Source: an uncultured Desulfobacter sp.
GTDB taxonomy: Bacteria; Desulfobacterota; Desulfobacteria; Desulfobacterales; Desulfobacteraceae
Length of the DNA stretch: 64,000 bases
Direction of reading: 5' to 3'
Assembly (NCBI GenBank): GCA_963665095.1
Contig: OY762069.1
Location: forward strand, 1,152,001 to 1,216,000
Shown: positions 1 to 10,517 of the stretch, piece by piece
Numbering within the stretch: the first letter of the stretch is position 1
Layout of the letters: every line of letters begins with the position of its first letter
Notes under the pieces: model-generated
The model's database searches: none
What the model was told of the DNA's origin: nothing
Seen by the model: the letters and a program-made list of their open reading frames with translations, nothing else
Position numbers and translations under genes: made by a program

Positions 1-1
1 T

Positions 2-511
2 GCATCCGGAGAACAGGGGTGGGTAAATAAAAATTTTGTTGTAACAGATTTGCCTAACAGTATGGTCATTGAACAGTTAAAAAAAGAAAACAAAGCCCTT
101 GAAGAAAAAGTTGACGCATTGATGCAGACTGAAGCCCGGGACCAGAATTCAGAATCTGATACTGATGCGCGCCAGATTGTCGAAGCCCAATACCGCGAGG
201 CCGTGGACAAACTTAAAAAAGAGAACACAGAACTGGCCGGGCAACTTGAACTGTTGAAAAAACAATATGCTATCCTTAAACACGCATCAGCAGATATAGC
301 CAAGACTATCGAAGAAAACAAACGCCTGAAAGCTGAAATTTCCCGTCTGTCTGACATAGCATCCCGACAGCAGGACAGTGAGCCCGGTATTATTTACAAC
401 ACAGCCATGATCAAATGGTTTCTCACAGGTGTGGGCGTGCTTCTGTTAGGCTGGATAATCGGCCACAGCGTATCTTCCCGGCGCAAAAGCTCCGGATCAT
501 TTCTTGACTGA
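2..511 (+). CDS. SH3-domain/coiled-coil/C-terminal TM protein (TIGR04211-like), 5' end outside window
   Basis: Frame is open from base 2 (ASGEQGWVNKNFV, SH3-type GWV motif), followed by a coiled coil and a C-terminal TM segment IKWFLTGVGVLLLGWIIG. Confidence 0.75.
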   Translation, partial: ASGEQGWVNKNFVVTDLPNSMVIEQLKKENKALEEKVDALMQTEARDQNSESDTDARQIVEAQYREAVDKLKKENTELAGQLELLKKQYAILKHASADIAKTIEENKRLKAEISRLSDIASRQQDSEPGIIYNTAMIKWFLTGVGVLLLGWIIGHSVSSRRKSSGSFLD

Positions 512-550
512 CATAGAATAATCGAAGTATAAACGGCCAAACGCCCGGGG

Positions 551-1201
551 TTATCCGTCTTTCACACATAACCCGGGCAGTATCATATCCTCAATCATCT
601 GTCTGCAGGTTTCAAAATCGCATGCATCGGGCGTGAAAGAAATCGGATCATAAAACCGGATTTTCACCCTGGAAAAGGGTTTGGGCAGCATAAACCTGTC
701 CCAGGAGTTGAAAAACCAGCTATGGTCAGCCTCAACAGTAAAGGGAACAACATATGCACAGGTTTCCATTGCCATTTTCACAATACCCGGCTTAACCTTT
801 CCTATGGGGCCTCTGGGGCCGTCCAGGATATGGGCACCGAAGCCATATGTCTGAAGATGTGCGATCATTTCACCTAGGGCCTCTTTACCACCTCTGGAAG
901 ATGACCCCCGCGGCGTATGCCAGCCGGTTAGCCGGGCTACCCCTGAAATAAGTTCGCCGTCTTTGCTTTGACTGATCATCAGTCCGGGGTGATACGGGGC
1001 ATAGTTCTTAAAATGACGGATGGCGGCAAAAAACTGTTGATGCCAGGTACATAGCAGCACCCGTTTTCCGGTTTTGAGCATGTCGAGCCACTGCGTTTCA
1101 TTAATCAGTTCAAGTCTGAAGGTTAAACAATAGAACCTGGCCATATGATACGCAAACCAGATAAAGGCTTTGGAATAGATTATGAACTTAAGCTTTTTCA
1201 A
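551..1201 (-). CDS. DUF374 lysophospholipid acyltransferase family protein
   Basis: Motifs WHQQ, ISQSKDGE, RGSSSRGG, DGPRGP, SWDRF.LPKPFSR. Confidence 0.85.
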   Translation of the reverse strand: MKKLKFIIYSKAFIWFAYHMARFYCLTFRLELINETQWLDMLKTGKRVLLCTWHQQFFAAIRHFKNYAPYHPGLMISQSKDGELISGVARLTGWHTPRGSSSRGGKEALGEMIAHLQTYGFGAHILDGPRGPIGKVKPGIVKMAMETCAYVVPFTVEADHSWFFNSWDRFMLPKPFSRVKIRFYDPISFTPDACDFETCRQMIEDMILPGLCVKDG

Positions 1202-1249
1202 TACAAACAGATCCTTTATGCCCTTTGTAAAAATAAAGATACAGTAAAT

Positions 1250-2656
1250 TTATTCAACAGTACATTCATCGCTTTCTAAGGAATGGCATTCATCAAAAAA
1301 AATATGGTGCAGTGCCCGGATGGTATCATCCAGACATTTCTCCTTGACGATAAAATACAATGCAGCATCAGATGTTCCTGAAATGATCATCTCAATATTG
1401 ACATCAGCCCTGGATACGGCTGAAAAGCACTTGGCAGCAATGCCGCGATTATTGTGAAGTCCTTTGCCCACAATGGAGACAAGGGCGATATCAGTGATCG
1501 TGGACAGCTTTCGATAGGGCTGGGGATCCATATTGGCCACTGTTTCATGGGCACGGCGGATATCCTTTCGGGAAAGAATCAGGCTGATACAGGTCTGGGA
1601 TGTCACCACCGATTTTACATTGATGGCGGCCGCGCTGATGGGGGAAAGAATGCCGCCCAGAAACCCGAGTCGTGCACCTACACCAGGGGCGCTGACTTTA
1701 AGAATGGCCACGTCCCTAGTGTAGGAAACGCTTTTAATAACCGTTTTTAATACCGGCACATCCCGGGTAATGAGGCTGCCCGGCGCATCTGGATTGTAAG
1801 TATTTTTAATGGCGATATCTATGCCGGCGTTTTTTACTGGTTCCACAGTGCGCGGATGAAGAATTCCTGCTCCGGTATATGAAAGCTCTGCGGCTTCTTC
1901 ATAGGTAAGCTTAGGGATCAGTCGGCAATGGGGAATATTGTCAGGATCTGCCGTCATAAACCCTTCTGTGTCTTTCCAGATCTCCAGGATATCGGCTCCG
2001 GCCCCGACTGCAACTACAGCTGCGGAATAGTCTGATCCACCCCGGCCAAAGGTAGTGATTTCACCATGATCGCTCACTCCGTAAAACCCCGGAACAAACA
2101 ATATTTTATCTTTTGTCATATGAACATCAAGCCACGACCGTATATTGACGCCAGTCTTCTCCATTACCGCAGAGGCATCCATGAATTTGCCGTCTGTAAC
2201 AATCCCGAAATTTTCAGGCAGAACAAACTCGCTGTCACATCCTTGAGCACACAACGTTTTGGCCAGAATCATAGCGGATATCCGTTCTCCAAAAGTGGCC
2301 ACCATATCTCTCATCCGGGGTGTGGCCTCCCGGGTAAAACTGATGCCGTAATAATACCGTTCCAGTTTTGCATAAAGATCCGATAATGTCCTGGAAAGCT
2401 GCTTTTTTCGGGTACCATCCGCTATAAGTGCCTGAATGGCTGTATGGTGAAGCCCTTTAAGCCGTGTAATAATATCCGGGATATTGCTCTCTGCAGCCAA
2501 TGCCAGGTCAATGCCGGCGATCAGGATGTCTGTCACTCCATAAAAGGCAGACAGTACAAAGATATCTCCCTGGCCCCGCCGGGCAATGAGATCGATGATT
2601 ACCTTTGCGGCCGGTCCGTCTTTCAGGCATCCGCCGCCTATCTTTATCACTTTCAT
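1250..2656 (-). CDS. lysC: Aspartate kinase
   Basis: KIGG N-terminus, TFGRGGSDYSA, G.MTADP, ILHPRT, two C-terminal ACT domains. Confidence 0.9.
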   Translation of the reverse strand: MKVIKIGGGCLKDGPAAKVIIDLIARRGQGDIFVLSAFYGVTDILIAGIDLALAAESNIPDIITRLKGLHHTAIQALIADGTRKKQLSRTLSDLYAKLERYYYGISFTREATPRMRDMVATFGERISAMILAKTLCAQGCDSEFVLPENFGIVTDGKFMDASAVMEKTGVNIRSWLDVHMTKDKILFVPGFYGVSDHGEITTFGRGGSDYSAAVVAVGAGADILEIWKDTEGFMTADPDNIPHCRLIPKLTYEEAAELSYTGAGILHPRTVEPVKNAGIDIAIKNTYNPDAPGSLITRDVPVLKTVIKSVSYTRDVAILKVSAPGVGARLGFLGGILSPISAAAINVKSVVTSQTCISLILSRKDIRRAHETVANMDPQPYRKLSTITDIALVSIVGKGLHNNRGIAAKCFSAVSRADVNIEMIISGTSDAALYFIVKEKCLDDTIRALHHIFFDECHSLESDECTVE

Positions 2657-2931
2657 GGGCGCACACTACCACAGCCCCGGATACCTTGCAAGAACACATC
2701 CTTAGGGTTTTCAGTTAAAGGAGTTAGATGGTCATACGTGTTGGGACATCTGCGGCGTCTGCCTGTATAAAAAATTGGATTTTAACTAAAATTGTACATT
2801 ATTTACAAAATTTAACATTATTTAATATAATTTCACTTTTTCTCTTGACAGGGCACCAGATTTCTTTTTATCAATCAACATCTGTAGCACTGTTTCCTCT
2901 TAATTTCTCAATCAATGAAAGGAGAAGCCCC

Positions 2932-4620
2932 TTGTCAGACGCAAGCGTTTACCTTAAAAAAATATGGACGGAATCCTATGATAAAGATGTTGTTGAGCAC
3001 ATTGAATATCAGGATATTCTTGTTCCCAAGTATCTGGAACAGTCAGCCAAAGACTTTCCTGACAACCCGGCATTGATTTTTCAGGGTTATACCCTCACAT
3101 TTAAAGAATTTAACGAGATGGTGGCCAGATTTTCAACGGCCCTGAAGGCCTTTGGCATAAAAAAAGGAGACAGTGTTGCCATCCTTCTCCCCAATGTTAT
3201 CCCCTGCGTGGTGGCCTATTATGCCACATTGAGAATCGGCGGAATCGTGGTACTGAACAACCCGCTTTATGCAGACCGCGAACTTGAGCATCAGTTCACA
3301 GATTCAGACTCGAAATTCCTGATCACCCTGGACCTTCTGGCTGACCGGATGGTAAAATTGCGGGAAAAGACAAAGATTAAAACCATTGTCTATACTTCCA
3401 TTGGTGATTTCCTTCCCTTTATCAAGCGCATGCTCTTCCCGTTAGTGGCCAAAAAACAGGGGCTCGCCAAGGACGTGGCCCCGGCGGACAACCTTTATAA
3501 ATTCAAGGATGTCATTGCCAAATACGCACCTGATTACACCCAGGCAGATGTCTCCATGGATGATGTGGCCATGTTCCAGTACACCGGTGGTACCACAGGT
3601 TTGTCAAAGGGTGTCATGCTGACCCACAGAAACATCTCCTACCAGATCCAGCAGATTGAAGCATGGTTTCCGGGATTTGATAACGGCAATGAAGTTATGC
3701 TCGGCGCCCTTCCCTTTTTCCATGTATTCGGCATGTCCACGTCCATGAACTATGCCATCAGAAAAGGCTGGGCAAATGTACTGGTTCCAAAACCCCAGGC
3801 CGAGCCGCTGCTGGAGGCGATCTCCAAATTTAAAGTGACCTTTGCTCCCATGGTGCCCACCATGTACATCGGTATGCTCGACCATCCTAAAATCGATACC
3901 ACAGACCTAAGTTCTGTAAAGGGATGTTTTTCCGGATCAGCGCCCCTGCCTGTGGATGTTATTAAAAATTTCCAGGAGAAAACGGGCTCCATTATTGTGG
4001 AAGGATTCGGCATGACTGAATCCACCCCTGTAACCCATACCAACCCCTTCCACGGTAAGCGCGTGGTGGGCAGTATTGGCCTTCCCCTTTCTGACACGGT
4101 CTGCAAAATTGTAGATCTTAATGACAGGACCAAAGAGATGCCGGTGGGAGAACCCGGTGAACTTCTGATTAAAGGCCCCCAGGTGATGAAAGGATATCTG
4201 AAGCGGCCGGATGAAACCGCTAAAACCATTACCGAAGATGGATTCCTCTGTTCAGGTGACGTGGCCAAGATGGATGAAAACGGCTATTTCTACATTGTTG
4301 ACAGAATCAAGGACATGATTATTTCCGGTGGATATAATGTCTATCCCAGGGATATTGACGAAGTCCTGTTTGAGCATCCCAAAATTCTGGAAGCATGCGC
4401 CATTGGTATACCCCATCCCAAACGTGGGGAAGCGGTCAAGGCATTTGTTATCCTCAAAGATGGCGAATCCATGACCGAACAGGAAGTCATTGATTATTGC
4501 GGTACCAAACTGGCCAAATACAAACTGCCCGTGGCCGTAGAATTCCGCAATGAACTGCCTAAATCCAACGTAGGCAAAATTCTTAGAAAAGACCTTCGTG
4601 CAGAGGAAGCAAACGGCTAA
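2932..4620 (+). CDS. fadD: Long-chain-fatty-acid--CoA ligase
   Basis: QYTGGTTGLSKG AMP-binding motif, EGFGMTE, LPKSNVGKILR; TTG start at 2932 chosen after AGGAG RBS. Confidence 0.9.
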   Translation: MSDASVYLKKIWTESYDKDVVEHIEYQDILVPKYLEQSAKDFPDNPALIFQGYTLTFKEFNEMVARFSTALKAFGIKKGDSVAILLPNVIPCVVAYYATLRIGGIVVLNNPLYADRELEHQFTDSDSKFLITLDLLADRMVKLREKTKIKTIVYTSIGDFLPFIKRMLFPLVAKKQGLAKDVAPADNLYKFKDVIAKYAPDYTQADVSMDDVAMFQYTGGTTGLSKGVMLTHRNISYQIQQIEAWFPGFDNGNEVMLGALPFFHVFGMSTSMNYAIRKGWANVLVPKPQAEPLLEAISKFKVTFAPMVPTMYIGMLDHPKIDTTDLSSVKGCFSGSAPLPVDVIKNFQEKTGSIIVEGFGMTESTPVTHTNPFHGKRVVGSIGLPLSDTVCKIVDLNDRTKEMPVGEPGELLIKGPQVMKGYLKRPDETAKTITEDGFLCSGDVAKMDENGYFYIVDRIKDMIISGGYNVYPRDIDEVLFEHPKILEACAIGIPHPKRGEAVKAFVILKDGESMTEQEVIDYCGTKLAKYKLPVAVEFRNELPKSNVGKILRKDLRAEEANG

Positions 4621-4651
4621 AGTTTCGCCCATTTAATCGAAATTTATGAAT

Positions 4652-4686
4652 AAGGCCTGGTTAATTTCAACCGGGCCTTTTTTTTA
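4652..4686 (+). terminator. Rho-independent terminator
   Basis: AAGGCCTGGTT...AACCGGGCCTT hairpin followed by a T run just after the fadD stop. Confidence 0.8.
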
Positions 4687-4794
4687 TTTTCCGAGAATTA
4701 CGCCCACTTGATGCTTGCCCTATTTTTTTTTTGATAATATCTTGTTGTTTTACTTAATTGATAATTTAAAACAAACCGTACTAAGGAGCCCCCC

Positions 4795-7455
4795 ATGCCC
4801 CTACAAAGCATTCTTGACCAGATGACAATTCAGGACCAGACCTTTCACATTCATAATTTAACGCTTCTTGAGACCCGGAAAGAGGCAACCATTTCCAACC
4901 TGCCTTTCAGCGCCCGGATTTTTATTGAAAACCTGGCCCGGCATGCCGGAAACGGTATTGTGACCATGGATGATGCCATTGCAGCTGCCCGGTTTTACCA
5001 GTCCGCTTCCGGAGAAGATTGTCTGATTCCATTTTATCCGGCCCGCGTGCTGATGCAGGATTTTACAGGTGTACCTGCCGTTGTTGATTTTGCCGCCATG
5101 CGTGATGCGGTGCATAAGGCCGGACACAACCCTGAAAAAATAAATCCTCTGGTACCGGTGGATCTGGTTATTGACCATTCCATCCAGGTGGACTTTTACA
5201 GGGAAAAAAACGCTTCTGTACTCAATGCAAAAAAAGAGTACGAAAGAAATGGCGAGCGCTACAAACTGCTCAAATGGGCACAGAAAAATTTTGATAATTT
5301 CCGGGTTGTGCCGCCGGAATCTGGCATCTGCCACCAGGTGAATCTGGAATACCTGGCCCCGGTTGTGGCCACCCAGAAAACCGAAAATGGCATGGCGGCT
5401 TTTCCCGATACCCTGGTAGGCACCGATTCCCACACCACCATGATCAACGCTTTAGGCGTTCTAGGCTGGGGTGTGGGTGGTATCGAAGCAGAAGCCGTGA
5501 TGCTGGGCCAGCCCTATTACATGAACCTGCCCAGAATCGTGGGTGTTAAATTTCATGGCAAACCAGGCAAAGGCATTACATCAACAGATATCGCCCTGTT
5601 CGTCACCCAGATCCTGAGAAAAGAAAATGTGGTGGAAAAAATCGTGGAATATACCGGCGAAGGGTTAAAACATCTGACCCTGACCGACAGAGCCACCATT
5701 GCCAATATGTCCCCGGAGTATGGTGCCACTTCCGGATTTTTCCCCATTGATGAACAAACACTTGAGTATTTAAGAAAAACCAATCGAACAGATACTGCGG
5801 AACTGGTGCATGCCTACTGCACTGCCTGCGGCCTGTTCAACACCCATGACACGGATCTTGTCTTCTCCAAAACCATTGATGTGGATCTTGGGGCTATTGA
5901 AGCCAGTGTTGCAGGGCCGTCCCGGCCCCAGGACAGAATCGCCCTGACAGAGGTTAAAACGAAAACTACCCAGATTTACAACCTTGACCAACGAAAAACC
6001 GTCCAGATCAAGCCGGAAGGCACGGCAGCTGCAGAAGCGGCCCCAGCCCTGACAAACGGTTCCATCGTCATCGCCGCCATCACCTCCTGCACCAATACCT
6101 CCAACCCTTACACCATGATCGGGGCCGGCCTTGCTGCAAAAAATGCGGTTGAAAAAGGGCTGACTGTTCCCTGGTATGTCAAGACCTCCTTGTCCCCTGG
6201 ATCCCGGGTGGTTATGGATTACCTTAAGGACGCAGAACTTATACCCTATCTTGAAGCCCTTGGATTCAACAACACTGGATTTGGATGTATGACCTGCATT
6301 GGTAACAGCGGGCCTTTAGATCCTTACATCGAAACTGCCATTCGGGACAATGACCTGGATGTGGCATCTGTACTTTCCGGTAACCGTAATTTTGAGGCCC
6401 GCATCCACCAGGAAGTTAAGGGCAATTTTCTGTGTTCCCCCATTCTGGTTGTCATTTATGCCCTGGCCGGACGCATTGATATTGATTTAAAAACAGACCC
6501 TCTTGGAACGGATAAAAATGGACAGCCTGTATTCATGGCAGATATCTGGCCGGATTCCGGGCAGATCAGCCAGATTGCGGCAACCTGTGTCCGGGATCAG
6601 TTTTTCAAAGACCAGTATGCCCAGATTTTCAAGGGAGACAAATTATGGCAGGAAATTAAAGTGGATGAAAGCAAGACCTTTTCCTTTGATGCCGACTCAA
6701 CTTATATCCGTAACCCGCCGTTTTTTACTGATTTCTCCGTGGACACCCCGCCCTTGGAAGATATTGTGGATGCCCGCCCTCTTCTGGTGCTTGGAGATTC
6801 AGTCACCACTGACCATATTTCACCTGCCGGTGCCATTCCTGCAGCGTATCCTGCCGGCCAATATCTTCTGGATAACGGAGTCAAACAGTCTGAATTCAAC
6901 TCCTACGGTTCCCGAAGAGGTAACCATGAGGTCATGATGCGAGGGACCTTTGCCAATATCAGAATAACCAATAAACTGGCAGAGACCCAGGGCGGCTACA
7001 CCACGATTTTTCCTGAACAGAAAGGTGGCTATGTTTTTGATGCATCAGAAACATACAAAACAACCAACACCCAGCTGGTTGTTTTCGGTGGCAAAGAATA
7101 CGGCACAGGCTCTTCCAGGGACTGGGCAGCCAAAGGCACCTGCCTTCTCGGGGTCAGGGCCGTCATAGCCGAATCCTTTGAGCGGATTCACAGGTCCAAT
7201 CTGGTGGGCATGGGGGTGCTGCCTCTGGTTTTTTCCGAAGGTCAGAACTTTGACCAGCTTGGACTGACCGGGCAGGAGACTTTTACCATAAAAGACCTTA
7301 ACACCATAACTCCGGGGGCACCTCTTACCGTAACTGCGGAAAACAACGGTAAAACAATGACCTTTGACGTAATTGCAAAGCTGAATACAGATATAGAAAT
7401 CGAATACATAAAAAATAAGGGTATTCTACAGTACGTGCTTCGCCAGATGATTTAA
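4795..7455 (+). CDS. acnA: Aconitate hydratase A
   Basis: RVLMQDFTGVP, DSHT, AAITSCTNTSNP, GCMTCIGNSG, TTDHISPAG, GSSRDWAAKG. Confidence 0.97.
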   Translation: MPLQSILDQMTIQDQTFHIHNLTLLETRKEATISNLPFSARIFIENLARHAGNGIVTMDDAIAAARFYQSASGEDCLIPFYPARVLMQDFTGVPAVVDFAAMRDAVHKAGHNPEKINPLVPVDLVIDHSIQVDFYREKNASVLNAKKEYERNGERYKLLKWAQKNFDNFRVVPPESGICHQVNLEYLAPVVATQKTENGMAAFPDTLVGTDSHTTMINALGVLGWGVGGIEAEAVMLGQPYYMNLPRIVGVKFHGKPGKGITSTDIALFVTQILRKENVVEKIVEYTGEGLKHLTLTDRATIANMSPEYGATSGFFPIDEQTLEYLRKTNRTDTAELVHAYCTACGLFNTHDTDLVFSKTIDVDLGAIEASVAGPSRPQDRIALTEVKTKTTQIYNLDQRKTVQIKPEGTAAAEAAPALTNGSIVIAAITSCTNTSNPYTMIGAGLAAKNAVEKGLTVPWYVKTSLSPGSRVVMDYLKDAELIPYLEALGFNNTGFGCMTCIGNSGPLDPYIETAIRDNDLDVASVLSGNRNFEARIHQEVKGNFLCSPILVVIYALAGRIDIDLKTDPLGTDKNGQPVFMADIWPDSGQISQIAATCVRDQFFKDQYAQIFKGDKLWQEIKVDESKTFSFDADSTYIRNPPFFTDFSVDTPPLEDIVDARPLLVLGDSVTTDHISPAGAIPAAYPAGQYLLDNGVKQSEFNSYGSRRGNHEVMMRGTFANIRITNKLAETQGGYTTIFPEQKGGYVFDASETYKTTNTQLVVFGGKEYGTGSSRDWAAKGTCLLGVRAVIAESFERIHRSNLVGMGVLPLVFSEGQNFDQLGLTGQETFTIKDLNTITPGAPLTVTAENNGKTMTFDVIAKLNTDIEIEYIKNKGILQYVLRQMI

Positions 7456-7475
7456 ACGACCTTCCTTGTCAACAA

Positions 7476-7505
7476 CACCCCGGGTGATCACCCGGGGTGC
7501 TTTTC
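7476..7505 (+). terminator. Terminator-like perfect 24-bp palindrome
   Basis: CACCCCGGGTGATCACCCGGGGTG (7476-7499) followed by CTTTT, right after acnA. Confidence 0.75.
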
Positions 7506-8072
7506 TCTTATATCTTCTTTTATTCCAGAGCATAAGAAAAGAAAAACGTTGAAAGCAGCTACTGATATGATGTTTAATATTGCCGACAGGAATCAGGTAC
7601 TGGAATATGGATAATACCTTTCTCTTTACCGGGTCGTGAGATTAAGGTCAAATGGTATTATGACTCAAAATTATATTTGGAAAACAGCCTATGAAATGCC
7701 CCCAATGCGGATGTGACCGTTCAAAAAGTCAACAAAGAGGCTGCTGTCAATCCCTATGTCCCGGAGAAAGACCTGATTGTCACAGCTATACACCAGGCGT
7801 TGCAAAGCAAAACAGCAGACCTTTAACCGGCCCAAAGATTCTTTGAAGAAACAAGCCTTGTTTCTTTTAACACCTTCTCACAAAATATCCCTCATTATGA
7901 TCCTTATTGTTCACTGACGATGATTTACCTATTCCCTTTAAAAATCACCGGAGTAAATTAGTTTCAACTAATGAAAATTATTTATTTTCATGAATTCGAT
8001 TTATGTTATACTGGCCGGAATATTTTTAACCCGGTTACGTCAATTAACAAAAACAGTTCAGGGATTTGCATT

Positions 8073-9800
8073 ATGATGGAGATCAGTCATTACGAATTTG
8101 AGTACGGAAAGTACGGAGAAACCACAGGTATCACCATTAATCTTAGAGGGTATGACATTCTGCGATTCAATAACATCAGCAAAGGTACGGCGTTTACCCT
8201 TGATGAGCGTCGCAGACTCAAGCTGTGCGGGTATCTGCCGCCCCGGGTTAAAACCCTTGAGGAGCAGGTGGAGAACAGTCTTAATATCGTAGAAAACAAA
8301 GAGACCGACATTGAAAAATTCATTTATTTAAGAAGCCTCTACGACCGGAATGTGGTCCTTGCCCATGCCGTTATTGCATCAGATATTCCCCGGTTTCTGC
8401 CCATTATTTATACGCCCACTGTGGGGCTTGCCTGCCAGCAGTATTCCACCATGTTCAGACGGGCCAACGGTATCCATCTGTATCCTGGAAACATTGACCA
8501 GGCGGAACAGATCCTGGCCCACTATACCGACCTGGACATCAGGGTGGCTGTGGTCACTGACAACCAGGGAATTCTGGGCATTGGCGACCAGGGGGCCGGT
8601 GGCATCCCCATCTGCCTTGGCAAACTCATGCTCTACACCCAGGGCGCCGGTATTGCGCCCTGGCACTGCCTGCCCATCTCCCTTGATGTGGGTACGGATA
8701 ACATGACCCTGCTCAACGACCCCAATTATCTGGGGTGGCGCGAACGCAGGCTCAAAGGTGACGATTATGACCGGTTTGTTGATAAATTTGTCGTTGCATT
8801 TAAAAAAGTATTCCCCAATGCCCTGTGCCAGTGGGAGGACTTTTCCAAACAGACCGCTTTTTCCGTGAGGGACAAATATCTTAAAGAGGTTATCTCGTTT
8901 AATGACGATATCCAGGGAACCGGATCCATCGCTCTTGCCGGCATCCTTGCGGCCATGAAGGTTAAAAATGAAAAAATGACCGATCAGGTCTATCTGGTTA
9001 ACGGGGCAGGTGCCGGCGGCATGGGCATTGCCGAACAGATCCAGACGGAACTGATGGAACAGGGCATGGATGAGGGGGCAGCAGCTGCCAGAATTTTCAC
9101 CATGGATTCAAAGGGGGTAGTGACTTGTGACCGTGAACTCGAACCCTATAAATATAAATTTGCAAAAAAACTTGATCAGCTTTCGTGGCTGTCATCCGGC
9201 GAAGACAATACCCTGATCAATGCCATTAAAAATGAAAAAATCACGGTACTCATCGGCACCTCCGGCCAGGGCGGCTGCTTTACAAAAGAGATCGTTGAGG
9301 CCATGCATGGGAACACTGAACGTCCGGTGATACTGCCCTTAAGCAATCCCACCAGCAAGACCGAAGCCCTGCCCGCTGACATTTATGAATGGACAGATGG
9401 CAAAGCCCTGGTGGCCACAGGTTCACCGTTTGCAGACGTTACCCACAATGGCAGGTCCTTTCGCATCGGCCAGATGAATAACGCCTTTGTATTCCCAGGC
9501 ATCGGCTTAGGTATCGTGGCGTCCGGTGCCACAGAAGTACTGCCGGTGTTCTTTTCTGCCGCTGCCCATGCTGTGGCGGAATTTATCAGTGAAGGGGATA
9601 TAAAAGACGGAATTTTGTGCCCGCCGCTGGATCAGCTTCGCAGGGTTTCCCTTGAAGTGGCAAAGCAGGTGGGAGCAGAGGCCATTAAAGCAGGTGTGAC
9701 TCAAAATGATTGCGCATTTTCAGAGTTCAAGCACAATAATGATGTGACACGCCTTGGAACCCTGATTGAAAATATGTGCTGGCAGCCGGTTTATTTTTAA
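8073..9800 (+). CDS. maeA: NAD(P)-dependent malic enzyme (MaeA/SfcA large type)
   Basis: YTPTVG, ILGIGDQG, QWEDF, FNDDIQGT, GAGAGG, LSNPT, NNAFVFPG; start uncertain (8073 chosen). Confidence 0.92.
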   Translation: MMEISHYEFEYGKYGETTGITINLRGYDILRFNNISKGTAFTLDERRRLKLCGYLPPRVKTLEEQVENSLNIVENKETDIEKFIYLRSLYDRNVVLAHAVIASDIPRFLPIIYTPTVGLACQQYSTMFRRANGIHLYPGNIDQAEQILAHYTDLDIRVAVVTDNQGILGIGDQGAGGIPICLGKLMLYTQGAGIAPWHCLPISLDVGTDNMTLLNDPNYLGWRERRLKGDDYDRFVDKFVVAFKKVFPNALCQWEDFSKQTAFSVRDKYLKEVISFNDDIQGTGSIALAGILAAMKVKNEKMTDQVYLVNGAGAGGMGIAEQIQTELMEQGMDEGAAAARIFTMDSKGVVTCDRELEPYKYKFAKKLDQLSWLSSGEDNTLINAIKNEKITVLIGTSGQGGCFTKEIVEAMHGNTERPVILPLSNPTSKTEALPADIYEWTDGKALVATGSPFADVTHNGRSFRIGQMNNAFVFPGIGLGIVASGATEVLPVFFSAAAHAVAEFISEGDIKDGILCPPLDQLRRVSLEVAKQVGAEAIKAGVTQNDCAFSEFKHNNDVTRLGTLIENMCWQPVYF

Positions 9801-9815
9801 TTTGCTGAACCAATT

Positions 9816-9901
9816 GGCTTCATTTGCCGTATCTGGCAAATGAAGCCCGTGATACATTATAAACGTGATGTGCCGGAAATTTTATGATTTTCGGTACATC
9901 A
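9816..9901. terminator. Two hairpins between convergent genes
   Basis: Perfect 13-bp stem GGCTTCATTTGCC/GGCAAATGAAGCC (9816-9847) and a 13/15 stem (9866-9901). Confidence 0.65.
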
Positions 9902-9913
9902 TTACTTATAAGG

Positions 9914-10309
9914 CTACTTCATGGAAACCACAGGACAGGTGGCATTTAAAATAACAGCCTGTGCCGTTGAGCCCAACAGCAGTTTTCCCACCTTGGTTCT
10001 GTTCTTCACACCGATCAGGATCTCGTCTGCGTCTGTTTCCTTGGCAAAATTAACAAGGTCATCTCCAGGATCAATGCCGCGGATCAACAGGTGAGTTTCG
10101 CAGGCAATCTGTTTTCTGTCAAAATACGCCTTTGCAGTTTCCAGAGCAGACTCCGCCTCATTAATCAGCGTCTGGTCCTTTTCCGTACCCTCTTCCAGGA
10201 TGGTGACGATCATTACCTTTGCCTTGAAAGCCGATGCCCTTTTAATGGCCAGCTCAAGGAGGTTTTCTGCCTGGTTTGTACCGCTTTTATACCCGACTAT
10301 CAATTTCAT
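9914..10309 (-). CDS. Universal stress protein
   Basis: Single USP domain; ILIG...KVGKLLLGSTAQAVILNATCPVV. Confidence 0.92.
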   Translation of the reverse strand: MKLIVGYKSGTNQAENLLELAIKRASAFKAKVMIVTILEEGTEKDQTLINEAESALETAKAYFDRKQIACETHLLIRGIDPGDDLVNFAKETDADEILIGVKNRTKVGKLLLGSTAQAVILNATCPVVSMK

Positions 10310-10517
10310 CTGGTGTTCCTTAATTATATTATCTGGTTTCTTAAGAATACTAAATTTAAACAGTTAAACTCATTTTGCACTGATTTTTTAAGAATCTATC
10401 CTAAAATGATTTGGGCCAAAGTCGCAAGCATAAAAACACACTGTCTTGTTTCAGGCTTGACTTTCTAAAGATTTGATCCCATATAACGCAATAAACTTAT
10501 ATAAAACGGACAGTGTT

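Noticed and set aside
2728..2931. N-terminal extensions given by the ORF track (fadD, and likewise ettA, cbiO, maeA and the D-aminoacylase)
   Set aside because: They run through promoter DNA or upstream genes; downstream starts fit the protein families better.
7578..7826. 83-codon frame with one internal TGA (7692-7694), considered as a selenoprotein or small gene
   Set aside because: No start codon or RBS, no redox Cys/Sec context and no evident SECIS; at most a degenerate gene relic.
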